A stretch of 64,000 nucleotides of DNA from a virus. The first letter of the stretch is position 1, and each line of letters starts with the position of its first letter. The notes below the pieces were generated by a model, which was given only the letters and a program-made list of their open reading frames with translations, was not told where the DNA came from and searched no databases. Where the stretch lies: the IMG/VR virus record IMGVR_UViG_3300034683_000142, positions 34,885 through 98,884 of that record; one strand, given 5' to 3'. Both the position numbers and the translations under genes were made by a program. Positions 38,837 through 47,900 of the stretch are shown here, one piece after another.

Positions 38837-39063
38837 TGGGGAGAGAGCAGGATTTGAACCTGCATGATTGGATTTTGAAATGGAGGCCAGTCTACAAGTT
38901 TTTTCAATGGGAATTTTACCCATCCTGCTTATTAATGTGTTTTCTGATGTGAGTTTTGTCACCTCTCACAGCCCACGTGGATTATGTATTATGCCACGTT
39001 GCAGTCCTTGTGCACTACCAATCTTACCATCTCTATGCGTCTAACCAATTCCGCCATCTCTCC
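38837..39063 (-). ncRNA. tRNA-like RNA (227 nt) with a large structured insert replacing the anticodon arm
   Basis: Acceptor stem GGAGAGA/TCTCTCC followed by CCA. D-arm GCG-GAATTGGTTAGA-CGC; T-arm GCAGG-TTCAAAT-CCTGC. There are 172 nt between the D- and T-arms. Confidence 0.75.
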
Positions 39064-39182
39064 TATTTTAAATATCCTTTCTAAGACTTTAAAAAATTTC
39101 AGTTAACATCTTCTTCATAACCAACTTTTGAATTGATCCTAATGTATTTGTATAGCCTTTACATTGATTTTACAATATATTA

Positions 39183-39395
39183 TTATCCTAAATTTTTCAT
39201 AATCAAAATTTCAGTTTGTCTATAATAATTTGAAAAATCATTATTTTTTAATTCTCTGTTAGCTATTTTTATAAGAAGTTTGTAATATTCATCTTCTATT
39301 AAATTCCTAATATTAGGATATTTACTTATTATATTAATAGTGTAATTTTTTACTTTGTGTAAATATGCATTATTAATAAGATCTATATATTCCAT
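39183..39395 (-). CDS. Hypothetical protein
   Basis: 70-aa ORF overlapping the thyX end, in operon orientation. Confidence 0.5.
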   Translation of the reverse strand: MEYIDLINNAYLHKVKNYTINIISKYPNIRNLIEDEYYKLLIKIANRELKNNDFSNYYRQTEILIMKNLG

Positions 39396-40386
39396 TCTCT
39401 ATTATATATCTATAAGATTTAAATCCTCTAAGATTACCACACCAACCTTCTTCCAGAATTATTCTTCCATTATAAAAACCTATTGTTTTTGTACTAGCTT
39501 GATATTCTTCTTCAGTTAAACATTGACAAATGTGCTCTAAAGGGCTTAAATGACCATTTTCTATGAGTTTGTCATGAAGTTTTATATCTTTTTCATAATC
39601 AATCTCATTATCAAATGTCATATAAGACAGTCTAGCACATCTTGCAGTTGCTATTTTAATAACATCATCAATATTATCTTTATCTATATTCTCTCTATAA
39701 GGAATATGCCATTGATTCTCTCTAAGAAATACAGGGGTAGATTTATTATAAGCATCCCACATAGCTTCTGCTAATGCTTGCATATGTATTTCTGCTTGAG
39801 CTATGTTACTCATTCTCCAATCATTTTCTGTCCAATTAGAACATTCTCCTGTATATAACATTGCTTGTTCTTTACTTTTAAATGTAGCTTGAGTTGGTTC
39901 TAAAGCTTCTGGTCTATCTTTTGGATACCAATTAATTACATATTGCGGACATCTGAGTTTAAAAAAGTTTTCAAACTCAGTTGCAGTAAGTAATACTGTA
40001 TGCCATAAAAAAGGTTCTAATAATCTATTACATAGTTGTTTTGTTACACCTTCAGAATGTAGTTTTTTAGCTTGAGTAACAGCATTATCTCTAGCAATTA
40101 ACCACTCTTTAATTTTAGATTTAGATTCCTCTTCATTAAAATACTCAGTACCCTGCATACCTTTGTGATCTTTTTGCCAAGCTATAGGTATAAATGGATC
40201 TTCTTCTACCATTTTAACCATTTTTTCAAAAGGTATAGCTCTACTACTAGCACTATTACGTGAAAACATTCTGTGAGTATTTAATTCAGGTAGTATAAAT
40301 CTAGGAAAGGTAAGTAAAAATGTAGTAACTCTATCCCCATGTATAGATATTGAGTCAGCTACAATATTAGCACTTATTTTATTCAT
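39373..40386 (-). CDS. thyX: Flavin-dependent thymidylate synthase
   Basis: ELNTHRMFSRNSASSRAIP, SARxARLSY-like (TARCARLSY) and GHLSPLEH motifs. Confidence 0.85.
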   Translation of the reverse strand: MNKISANIVADSISIHGDRVTTFLLTFPRFILPELNTHRMFSRNSASSRAIPFEKMVKMVEEDPFIPIAWQKDHKGMQGTEYFNEEESKSKIKEWLIARDNAVTQAKKLHSEGVTKQLCNRLLEPFLWHTVLLTATEFENFFKLRCPQYVINWYPKDRPEALEPTQATFKSKEQAMLYTGECSNWTENDWRMSNIAQAEIHMQALAEAMWDAYNKSTPVFLRENQWHIPYRENIDKDNIDDVIKIATARCARLSYMTFDNEIDYEKDIKLHDKLIENGHLSPLEHICQCLTEEEYQASTKTIGFYNGRIILEEGWCGNLRGFKSYRYIIENGIYRSY

Positions 40387-40820
40387 TATTTATCAATTTC
40401 AACAATAGAATCTGGATATTTATAACAAGCATCTAGATAACTTTGTACAAAATTTACTAAAGTTTCATAGTTACCCCATCCATTTTCTGGATTAAATTTT
40501 TTATACTTTTCTGGATCTAATTTTAATAAGTGTAATCCTTCTTTTAAAGGCTCTATTAAATCTCCAGCTCTGTGTACTTTAGGATTCCATAAAGCTTCAT
40601 ATAAACCAGCTTCTCTAGCCATATGTGTTAGATTATGTGTTATATTATCGGAATATAATACATCATCTTCAACTTCATAAAGATTTATATCTTTGTCAGG
40701 ATATCTTTGTTTGGCTTCCTCTAAAGTTAGTTCCTTATTCTTTCCATCTTCTCTTACAAATATACCAGTTCTTAGTCTAGTAGATTTTTTATTATCTCTT
40801 AGTGTTACATCTAAACTCAT
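40386..40820 (-). CDS. Conserved phage hypothetical protein
   Basis: NITHNLTHMAREAGLYEALW and NPENGWGNYE motifs; translationally coupled to its neighbour. Confidence 0.7.
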   Translation of the reverse strand: MSLDVTLRDNKKSTRLRTGIFVREDGKNKELTLEEAKQRYPDKDINLYEVEDDVLYSDNITHNLTHMAREAGLYEALWNPKVHRAGDLIEPLKEGLHLLKLDPEKYKKFNPENGWGNYETLVNFVQSYLDACYKYPDSIVEIDK

Positions 40821-40826
40821 AGTTTA

Positions 40827-41093
40827 TTATTTTTTATTTATCCACATAACAGTCATAATAGCATAATTAGCTAAATCAATTAATGTATCAGTTATAGACT
40901 CATCAGTTTCTCCAATACCATTTTTAATTATATTTGAGAATCTATTTAGTTTATCTGATAACCTTATTTTAGCTACTATCAATCCATCATCATCAAGAGT
41001 TTTATCAAAACTATTTCCATAGTTCTTATTCTTCTCTTCGTACAATTTAATCATATAATCAGTTATATTCTTAAACCTTTCTATATTATCCAT
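40827..41093 (-). CDS. DUF1599 / nucleotide-modification-associated domain protein
   Basis: KNKNYGNSF...IRLSDKLNR...ESITDTLIDLANYAIM signature. Confidence 0.75.
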   Translation of the reverse strand: MDNIERFKNITDYMIKLYEEKNKNYGNSFDKTLDDDGLIVAKIRLSDKLNRFSNIIKNGIGETDESITDTLIDLANYAIMTVMWINKK

Positions 41094-41376
41094 TTAAAGT
41101 ATCATTTTTAAAACTTTCATTAGGTATATCTAATAGATAATTGTATTTATATATACTATCTACAAAAATTGGAACATATTTTTCCATTAACCCATCTCTT
41201 CTTATCTTAACTTTTTCTCCGTTGTAATATATATAAAACCCAGATTGTTTATTTTTCTTTATTTGGCATCTTAAGTCTAAAAACTCTAACTCATTCAATT
41301 TACCGTATGAAGATCCATCTGGCCCGAATACTTCTATAGTCTCTGGTTCAATAACCTTAATCTTTATTTTACTCAT
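41086..41376 (-). CDS. Hypothetical protein
   Basis: 96-aa ORF in a tightly packed operon. Confidence 0.6.
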   Translation of the reverse strand: MSKIKIKVIEPETIEVFGPDGSSYGKLNELEFLDLRCQIKKNKQSGFYIYYNGEKVKIRRDGLMEKYVPIFVDSIYKYNYLLDIPNESFKNDTLNG

Positions 41377-41605
41377 TATTTAAAGCTTCATTAATTTTAT
41401 ATAAGTCTATAACTCCATCTTCAGATATAAGACCAGTTCTAATAAATGCTTCTGCCATATCATTATACCATTTTTCACGGTTTTTGTTATATAATTTGTT
41501 TCTAATAATATAAGCCCAAGCATCCAATTGTATCATTACATCTTTGGTACCACTTTCCACACAAGTGCAAGCTAGATATGGAGTCCATACCAAATAAAAT
41601 CCCAT
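41369..41605 (-). CDS. Hypothetical protein (paralog of 41836..42069)
   Basis: Shares W-x2-YLAC...Q-x2-AWAYII-x-NKLY...G-x-IS-x-DG-x-I with the paralog. Confidence 0.65.
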   Translation of the reverse strand: MGFYLVWTPYLACTCVESGTKDVMIQLDAWAYIIRNKLYNKNREKWYNDMAEAFIRTGLISEDGVIDLYKINEALNNE

Positions 41606-41608
41606 AGA

Positions 41609-41833
41609 CTATTGTTTTTTAACTTTATAAACCATATCATTAATTAAATTAGCTAATGCATTTAAGTCATTAAGTTTCTTTTCTAAACTACTAATTCTTT
41701 TTTCAAAGTCTCCTGAGCTTTTATCCATGTGTTCTAATATAGTTATGTCGTTTCTACAGCTATTAGTTAATAGATTGGCTTTATCAAGTAAATTCTCTAG
41801 CTCTTTACTTATTTCTATTTTTTTCATCATCAT
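41609..41833 (-). CDS. Hypothetical coiled-coil protein
   Basis: 74-aa ORF with a heptad-like pattern. Confidence 0.55.
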   Translation of the reverse strand: MMMKKIEISKELENLLDKANLLTNSCRNDITILEHMDKSSGDFEKRISSLEKKLNDLNALANLINDMVYKVKKQ

Positions 41834-41835
41834 AT

Positions 41836-42069
41836 TTATTCACTATTATATACTTTATCCCAATTTATTTTTCCATCTATAGATATATATCCATTATTTA
41901 TCAATTCACTTGAAATTCTACCATAGAATCCCTGTAAATTTCTATAAAGCTTATTCTTAATTATATAAGCCCAAGCTTCCATTTGTTCTTCTATTGTAGC
42001 ATCTTCACCCTCACAGAAACCTTCTGCATAAGCACAAGCTAAATATGAATTCCATTCTATATTTACCAT
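41836..42069 (-). CDS. Hypothetical protein (paralog of 41369..41605)
   Basis: Shares the motif pattern given for 41369..41605. Confidence 0.65.
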   Translation of the reverse strand: MVNIEWNSYLACAYAEGFCEGEDATIEEQMEAWAYIIKNKLYRNLQGFYGRISSELINNGYISIDGKINWDKVYNSE

Positions 42070-42797
42070 AACATAAAATTATAATTAAATCCTATACCTG
42101 CATATGGGCCATACCCAAGTAACTTAGTATTTAAATCATATAAACTACCAACCCCTAATTGTAGAGATACCCCAAATTTCTTTTGTGGTATATTAACTTG
42201 ATATACTTTCATATCTTTAGTAACAGTATAAGGATTTAAGTTAGTTACTATACCATAAGGAGTTCCCTGTCTAAATATATTACCTCCTTCATACCCTATA
42301 GTAAGTTGATATTCATTATATACTTTTAAATCCAAATAAGAAAAACCCTTTCTAAATCCAAATACTGTATTTATCCATTTATCAGATATAGTATCTAATA
42401 TAGTAGATTGAGAAAACACAATTGTATCTCCTCCTATAGGATAGAATTGCCTTAATGTATCAATAAAAACAGTTTCATCTTTTAATATCAATGCAGTATT
42501 TAAATCTTTAATTTTCTTATCTTTATTCTTAATAAGATTTTGCAGCTCTAAATTAGTGCCTGTAAGATTCTTAATTTTTAAAAAATCTGATTCTTTATCT
42601 GTTTGCATTACTCTAATTTTAGCTACATTTAAAGAATCTTTGTTTTTATATACTTTTAAAGAATCAGTTATTGCATTATATAATTCTATCTGATTATCAT
42701 ATTTATTTTTATAAGTATTTATTCTTATTATAGTTATAAATATAACTATACCCAAAACAATAAGTAATATAATATTTAACTTATTTATTTTCATCAC
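42063..42797 (-). CDS. Membrane-anchored protein, spanin-like architecture
   Basis: N-terminal TM helix, then coiled coil, then C-terminal aromatic beta-strands (GPYAGIGFNYNFMLW). Confidence 0.5.
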   Translation of the reverse strand: MMKINKLNIILLIVLGIVIFITIIRINTYKNKYDNQIELYNAITDSLKVYKNKDSLNVAKIRVMQTDKESDFLKIKNLTGTNLELQNLIKNKDKKIKDLNTALILKDETVFIDTLRQFYPIGGDTIVFSQSTILDTISDKWINTVFGFRKGFSYLDLKVYNEYQLTIGYEGGNIFRQGTPYGIVTNLNPYTVTKDMKVYQVNIPQKKFGVSLQLGVGSLYDLNTKLLGYGPYAGIGFNYNFMLW

Positions 42798-42976
42798 TTG
42801 GTATTTAATAATTGTTCACATTCATTTCTTTCACCTATAAACCATATATTTCCAAATTCATCAACAACTTTATATTGAGTTACAGCTGTACTTTCTCCAG
42901 AATAAAAAGGTTCTATTCTTAGTTTATTACTTAGGGTGCTATACCCAGTATAAATAGAATTTTTATTTTCTTGCAT
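42794..42976 (-). CDS. Hypothetical protein
   Basis: 60-aa ORF ending TGA TGA AAA TAA. Confidence 0.5.
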   Translation of the reverse strand: MQENKNSIYTGYSTLSNKLRIEPFYSGESTAVTQYKVVDEFGNIWFIGERNECEQLLNTK

Positions 42977-43005
42977 AAATATTAATAGTTTACTTTTAAA
43001 ATATA

Positions 43006-43039
43006 GGTATAGAGTAGCTATAATAACCTCCTCTATACC
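43006..43039 (-). terminator. Hairpin downstream of the ligase (possible terminator)
   Basis: GGTATAGAG...CTCTATACC inverted repeat with a weak U-tract. Confidence 0.4.
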
Positions 43040-43048
43040 ATATATTTA

Positions 43049-44215
43049 TTATTCATAATCTCTTACAACTTGAAATATGGGTTGCAAAGGAACTCCATCT
43101 TTAGACCATTCAAAGAATTTTACCGTTCCTTTTTTACCAATAATATTATCAATATTTTCAAGATATTGTTTTTTAAGTTCTCTATCTCCTATAGGTTTAG
43201 CAGAAAATAACTTACCATCTTCAGTTTGTAATATGAAACAAAAATCTTCATCTCTAAGACCATCTTTATAATCTACAATCTCAAATTCTTGTTCCATATA
43301 TTCTTTAACTTTAATCATATCAGAACCTCTTTTACCGAATTGATAAGTACTAGTAGGTTTTCTAGCAACTAATCCTTCAAACCCTTCTTTAACCCATTGA
43401 TCATGAAGTTTTTTAATTTCACTAAAACTGTTAGTTTCTACATGTTCAAGAAACTTTATCTTATCAGCATCTATCAATTCTTTTTCATATTCTTTTAAAA
43501 GTTCTAATCTTTCTTCAAAAGTTTTTTCTGAATCAGCTATATCATAAACCCAATATTCTAGTAGGTTACACCTATCATCCCATTCTTTTAATCTAGCTAT
43601 GCCACTCAATTCTTGTAAATGGTGTCCGTGTCTATATAATTCTCCATCCAATATTACAGTAGGATGTTTATCAAAGAAATCTTTTAATTGATTTCTAATT
43701 AATGTAGTAGGTATATTATAATCCTTACCACCTCTAGAGATTGCATAGATTTCATCACCTCTCTTCTGAATCATAGCTCTGGTGCCATTTAACTTTTTGC
43801 TACATAACATCCTCTTATTTAATACAGACGTTTGACACTTATTAGAGTCTTTAGCTAACATCGGTTTTAAGAATCCATCTGAATCTGTACTAACTGATGG
43901 AACAAGTCTATTCATTTCAGATTCATTAATCTCATTAAAAGGTGTCTTAGTAAGGTCAGATACTTTCTTATATCCTTTATCAAGATACTTGTTAATTATG
44001 CTGTTAAACTGTAATTCAGCCTGTTCTATAGAAGATCTTTTAACTTTACCACTAGTTATAATTAGGTCTGGCTGCTCTGTCTGTTTACCTAAATATTGCC
44101 CAGTAAATCTCTTTATAATAAAAGACTTAGTATCTTGAATTAATTGAACCTCTACCTGTTGAACTTTGTCTCTAGCATTTCTGCTAACTAAATATATATC
44201 CTTTAATATTACCAT
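43049..44215 (-). CDS. ATP-dependent DNA ligase
   Basis: PMLA, KLNGTR (motif I variant), LDGELY, EGLVAR, R-x4-K-x-K and a C-terminal OB-fold. Confidence 0.9.
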   Translation of the reverse strand: MVILKDIYLVSRNARDKVQQVEVQLIQDTKSFIIKRFTGQYLGKQTEQPDLIITSGKVKRSSIEQAELQFNSIINKYLDKGYKKVSDLTKTPFNEINESEMNRLVPSVSTDSDGFLKPMLAKDSNKCQTSVLNKRMLCSKKLNGTRAMIQKRGDEIYAISRGGKDYNIPTTLIRNQLKDFFDKHPTVILDGELYRHGHHLQELSGIARLKEWDDRCNLLEYWVYDIADSEKTFEERLELLKEYEKELIDADKIKFLEHVETNSFSEIKKLHDQWVKEGFEGLVARKPTSTYQFGKRGSDMIKVKEYMEQEFEIVDYKDGLRDEDFCFILQTEDGKLFSAKPIGDRELKKQYLENIDNIIGKKGTVKFFEWSKDGVPLQPIFQVVRDYE

Positions 44216-44223
44216 TTTAATAA

Positions 44224-44655
44224 TTAATATCCACTAGATCCATAACCTTTTGTACCTCTTTCTGTGTTATCCAAAGTATCAACTTCTTTCCATACTACTT
44301 TGGGTACTTCTTGTAGTACTAACTGTGCTATGCGATCTCCATTTCTAACAATATAATCTTCCTTTCCAGAGTTATATAAAATAACTCCTATAGAATTTCT
44401 GTATCCAGAGTCTATAGTTCCTGGAGAATTTAATACAAATATACCATGTTTTAAAGCTAAACCTGATCTACTTCTTACCTGAAACTCAAAACCTTTAGGA
44501 AGTGCTACATAAATATCAGTAGGTATAAGGGCTCTTTCTCCAGGTTTTATAACAATTTCGAAATCTAAAGAAGCATATAGATCCAATCCAGAATCTTCAT
44601 CATGTGCATATTTAGGTAGTGGATTTTTTGATTTATTTATTATTTTTATTACCAT
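44224..44655 (-). CDS. dut: Trimeric dUTPase
   Basis: SGLDL, RSRSGLA, PGTIDSGYR, GDRIAQL and RGTKGYGSSG motifs. Confidence 0.95.
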   Translation of the reverse strand: MVIKIINKSKNPLPKYAHDEDSGLDLYASLDFEIVIKPGERALIPTDIYVALPKGFEFQVRSRSGLALKHGIFVLNSPGTIDSGYRNSIGVILYNSGKEDYIVRNGDRIAQLVLQEVPKVVWKEVDTLDNTERGTKGYGSSGY

Positions 44656-44977
44656 ATTTACATCTTAAACCATAGGCTAAATTAAGATAGCTAAATTCAT
44701 TATCTATGAACTTTTTGTCTGAATAAGGAAATACTTTTCTAAGTATTCTTTTAGAAAATCTCTCCCATTTTTCATATTCTTCTTCAGAGTTAAAAGTATA
44801 ATATTCGTACCATCTTTCTCCTTCTATTGTAGGATTATCTTTAACATAATCTATATCAACTTTATATCTCTTTAATTCTTTATTTATTATTAATCTAACA
44901 GCATCATCTTTAGACATCTTTTTAGAAAAATAGATTAAGTAAAAATCTCTTAAATTTTGTTTTATTTTGTTAACCAC
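44633..44977 (-). CDS. Hypothetical protein (start uncertain)
   Basis: ORF between nrdJ and dut; the start is probably the GTG near the nrdJ stop. Confidence 0.5.
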   Translation of the reverse strand: MVNKIKQNLRDFYLIYFSKKMSKDDAVRLIINKELKRYKVDIDYVKDNPTIEGERWYEYYTFNSEEEYEKWERFSKRILRKVFPYSDKKFIDNEFSYLNLAYGLRCKYGNKNNK

Positions 44978-47900
44978 ATTTACTGTTTCCACAGTTCTTG
45001 CAGATTTTACATCCATTTTCATATACTATAGCTTTTTCTCCGCATTCTGAACAAACCTCATCAGTCTTTGTTCCGTCTTCAATAAAAGACTTTATAGCTC
45101 TAATAACTCCATATTGCCAAGAATTTAGAGATTTATTATTAAATTCTAATTTCTCTATAATATGAATAATATTTTCTAAAGCTACTCCTTCTCTTAGTAA
45201 AGCAGATACAAACCTGGCATAATTCCAATACTCTTTATTAAATATTCTATTTAATCCACCTAATGTATTAGAGTATCCATAATTGTCAACATACCTAAAA
45301 TCATATCTAGATTTTCCTTCAGAAGGTATTTTTATAATAGTACCTTCTTCTATATAAGATGGTATTGGAAATTCATCTAGGTCATTAATACCTGTGAATA
45401 TTTCATATGGTTTACCATCTTTTATACCTATAAAAGCTATCCAATCCTTTTTTTCATTTTTAAATCTTAATACTTTACAAGGTAATTCAGGAGGTCTTGT
45501 AGAATCTTTACTTTCTATGTTAATTAAAATACCAGATCTACTTCCAGCTCTATAAGTTGTTAAACCTTTTAAGTTTTTTTCATAACCTAATATATACAAC
45601 TTATTAACAGTTTCTTTATCTATATTCTCAGGTAAATTAACTGTAGAACTGATACTATGAGTTGTATATTTCTGTAAAATAGCTTGCGTATCTATTCTTT
45701 GTTCTGGTGTTAAATCATTAGCAGTTTGTAGATAATATGGAGATTCTTTATATAATCTGTCCAAATTTTCTACTGACTCATCTTTTAATTCTTCACCATA
45801 TTTTACTTTATACCATTCTCTAAACTTAGGATGAATAACCATATAAGTCTTAAAACCTACTCCATTTTGATCTACAAAATCAGGAGTTTCTCCAGGATTA
45901 CATTTCTTCCTTCTTTGGTAGTATAATGAAAATACAGGTTCACAACCAGAAGTAGTACCTGTTAATATACTTAGAGACCCCGTAGGAGCCACAGTACTAA
46001 TTGAAATGTTCCTCCGACCGTACAGCACCATTTTACTTACTTGTTCTGGATATTCTTTTAGAAGAAATTCATACAACTTGTTACCGCCTTCTAGTCCATA
46101 TTCTCCTGAATAATACTCTAGAGCTCCATTATAAACTGGAAAAGGCCCATCAGTAATTGCTAAATCAATAGAAGCATCTAATTCTGCTTGCAATTTTATA
46201 TGCATTATTCTTTCTACTACTGAAGGATCTCCATATGGAACTCCTAGTGCAGCACACATGTCACCTAATGCAGTTATTCCTGTACCTGTTCGTCTTCCAT
46301 TTTTTCCTACAGCATATACTTTTTTCCAAAGTTCAGGCTCATCATTAAGATCTATAATTCTTTTTATATGCTTTAATTCAACATCAACAAGAGTATCTGC
46401 AATAACCTGAGCTTCATAAAATACGGTATATGCTAGATCTTCATTTATATAAGCTTCTTTTGTAAAAGGATACTTAACAAGACTATATAAGTTAACTGCA
46501 ATTAAGCGACAAGAATCTAAAGCACTAAGTGGAATTTCCTATGATTTAAATTTAATTAAATCATTTCGACTATATCTTCTAAATTAAATTTATAATACAT
46601 ACTTTTTGGAATAATATCTTTAAAAGGTTCTAAGAAATCTTTTATGAACTTAATTATAGTGGGTTTACTTTGTAAGATTATAGCTTTAGGAGTGATGTTA
46701 AAAGTATATCCATACGTTTTAAAGTACTCAAACAAAGCTTCTTGTAACTCTGTATTTATAGTGCTAAAACCTAATTCCCAAGTAATATATTTACCCTTAC
46801 TTATAGAAAAATATCCATCATCCAGAAAATAAAGCATAACTCCAAAAGGTGTTAATTTACTTACTAAATCTTTTTTAGATAAATGTAGTAATCTTGATAA
46901 TTGTTTATGTAAAACCTCTCCAGTTCTATAAACATAAGATTCATAATTATCTTTAGATATTCTCTTTCTTATTTTCTCTAAACCATTTGTTTGAGGGTAA
47001 GCTTTATTAAATAATGAGACCTTAAATTTTAAGTATTCATACTGTTTATAACCATGTTCTATTTTAAAAGAATTTTCTCTTTCTATAGAACCATCTCCTA
47101 ACATTTGAGAAACTAAAATAGCTTCATTATCTTCAGGAGTTGGATTATATTTCTTACTTGGTATTTTAGATAAAGCTAATACTTTTAATTTATAGTAATC
47201 TGATGTACCAAAATATTTTTTTAATGTATTAGCTAATCTTACACTATCATTTATTCCAGTTAAATCATAAAACTCTTTATAAGTTTCTGATTGAACTAAA
47301 CAATCAATTACCTTTTCTTCTGAAGGAATAAGATTATTAGAAATAAACTCACTAACAGGCATTCCAAATAGGCTCTTAAACCTATCTCCAGCTGTCCTTT
47401 TACATATTCCAAATTCTTTTGCAAGAGTTTCATAAACATTATTATTTTTAACTCTTGTACATGATAGGGCTAATTCTTCTGCCCTTTCTTTAAATGTTTT
47501 CATAAATTAATTTTGATTCGTACATAGTCTGTGAACCTTCTCCATATTATAAATAACTTAGGAGCTCGGCTGCTGATTACTTAACGTTATACTATTTTCA
47601 AACATTCACAAATACCATTTCTAGTTTTGTTGTAGTTGTATAACTATCCCAAGTTTCCAGCAATTCTCGAATTTTTTTACTTGCAGCAAAATCTACCGCA
47701 AGGATTTGTTGATATAGGTTTATACTCTGGATATACACTAGCTAAATCATAATCTACAATGTTATCCCAGAAAAGTATTCCTGGTTCAGCCGACTGCCAA
47801 TTAGATTCTATTATAGTATCCCATAATTCTTTAGCTTTTATTTTCTTGATATATCTCTTAGTAGATACTTCATATAGTTTATCATATTCTAATTTACTTA

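Noticed and set aside
38837-39063. Canonical tmRNA, or a tRNA with a group I intron
   Set aside because: There is no G3.U70 pair, a true D-stem is present, and no recognisable tag peptide is encoded. The insert is short and lacks a P7 core and a suitably placed terminal G. It is kept as an unclassified tRNA-like RNA.
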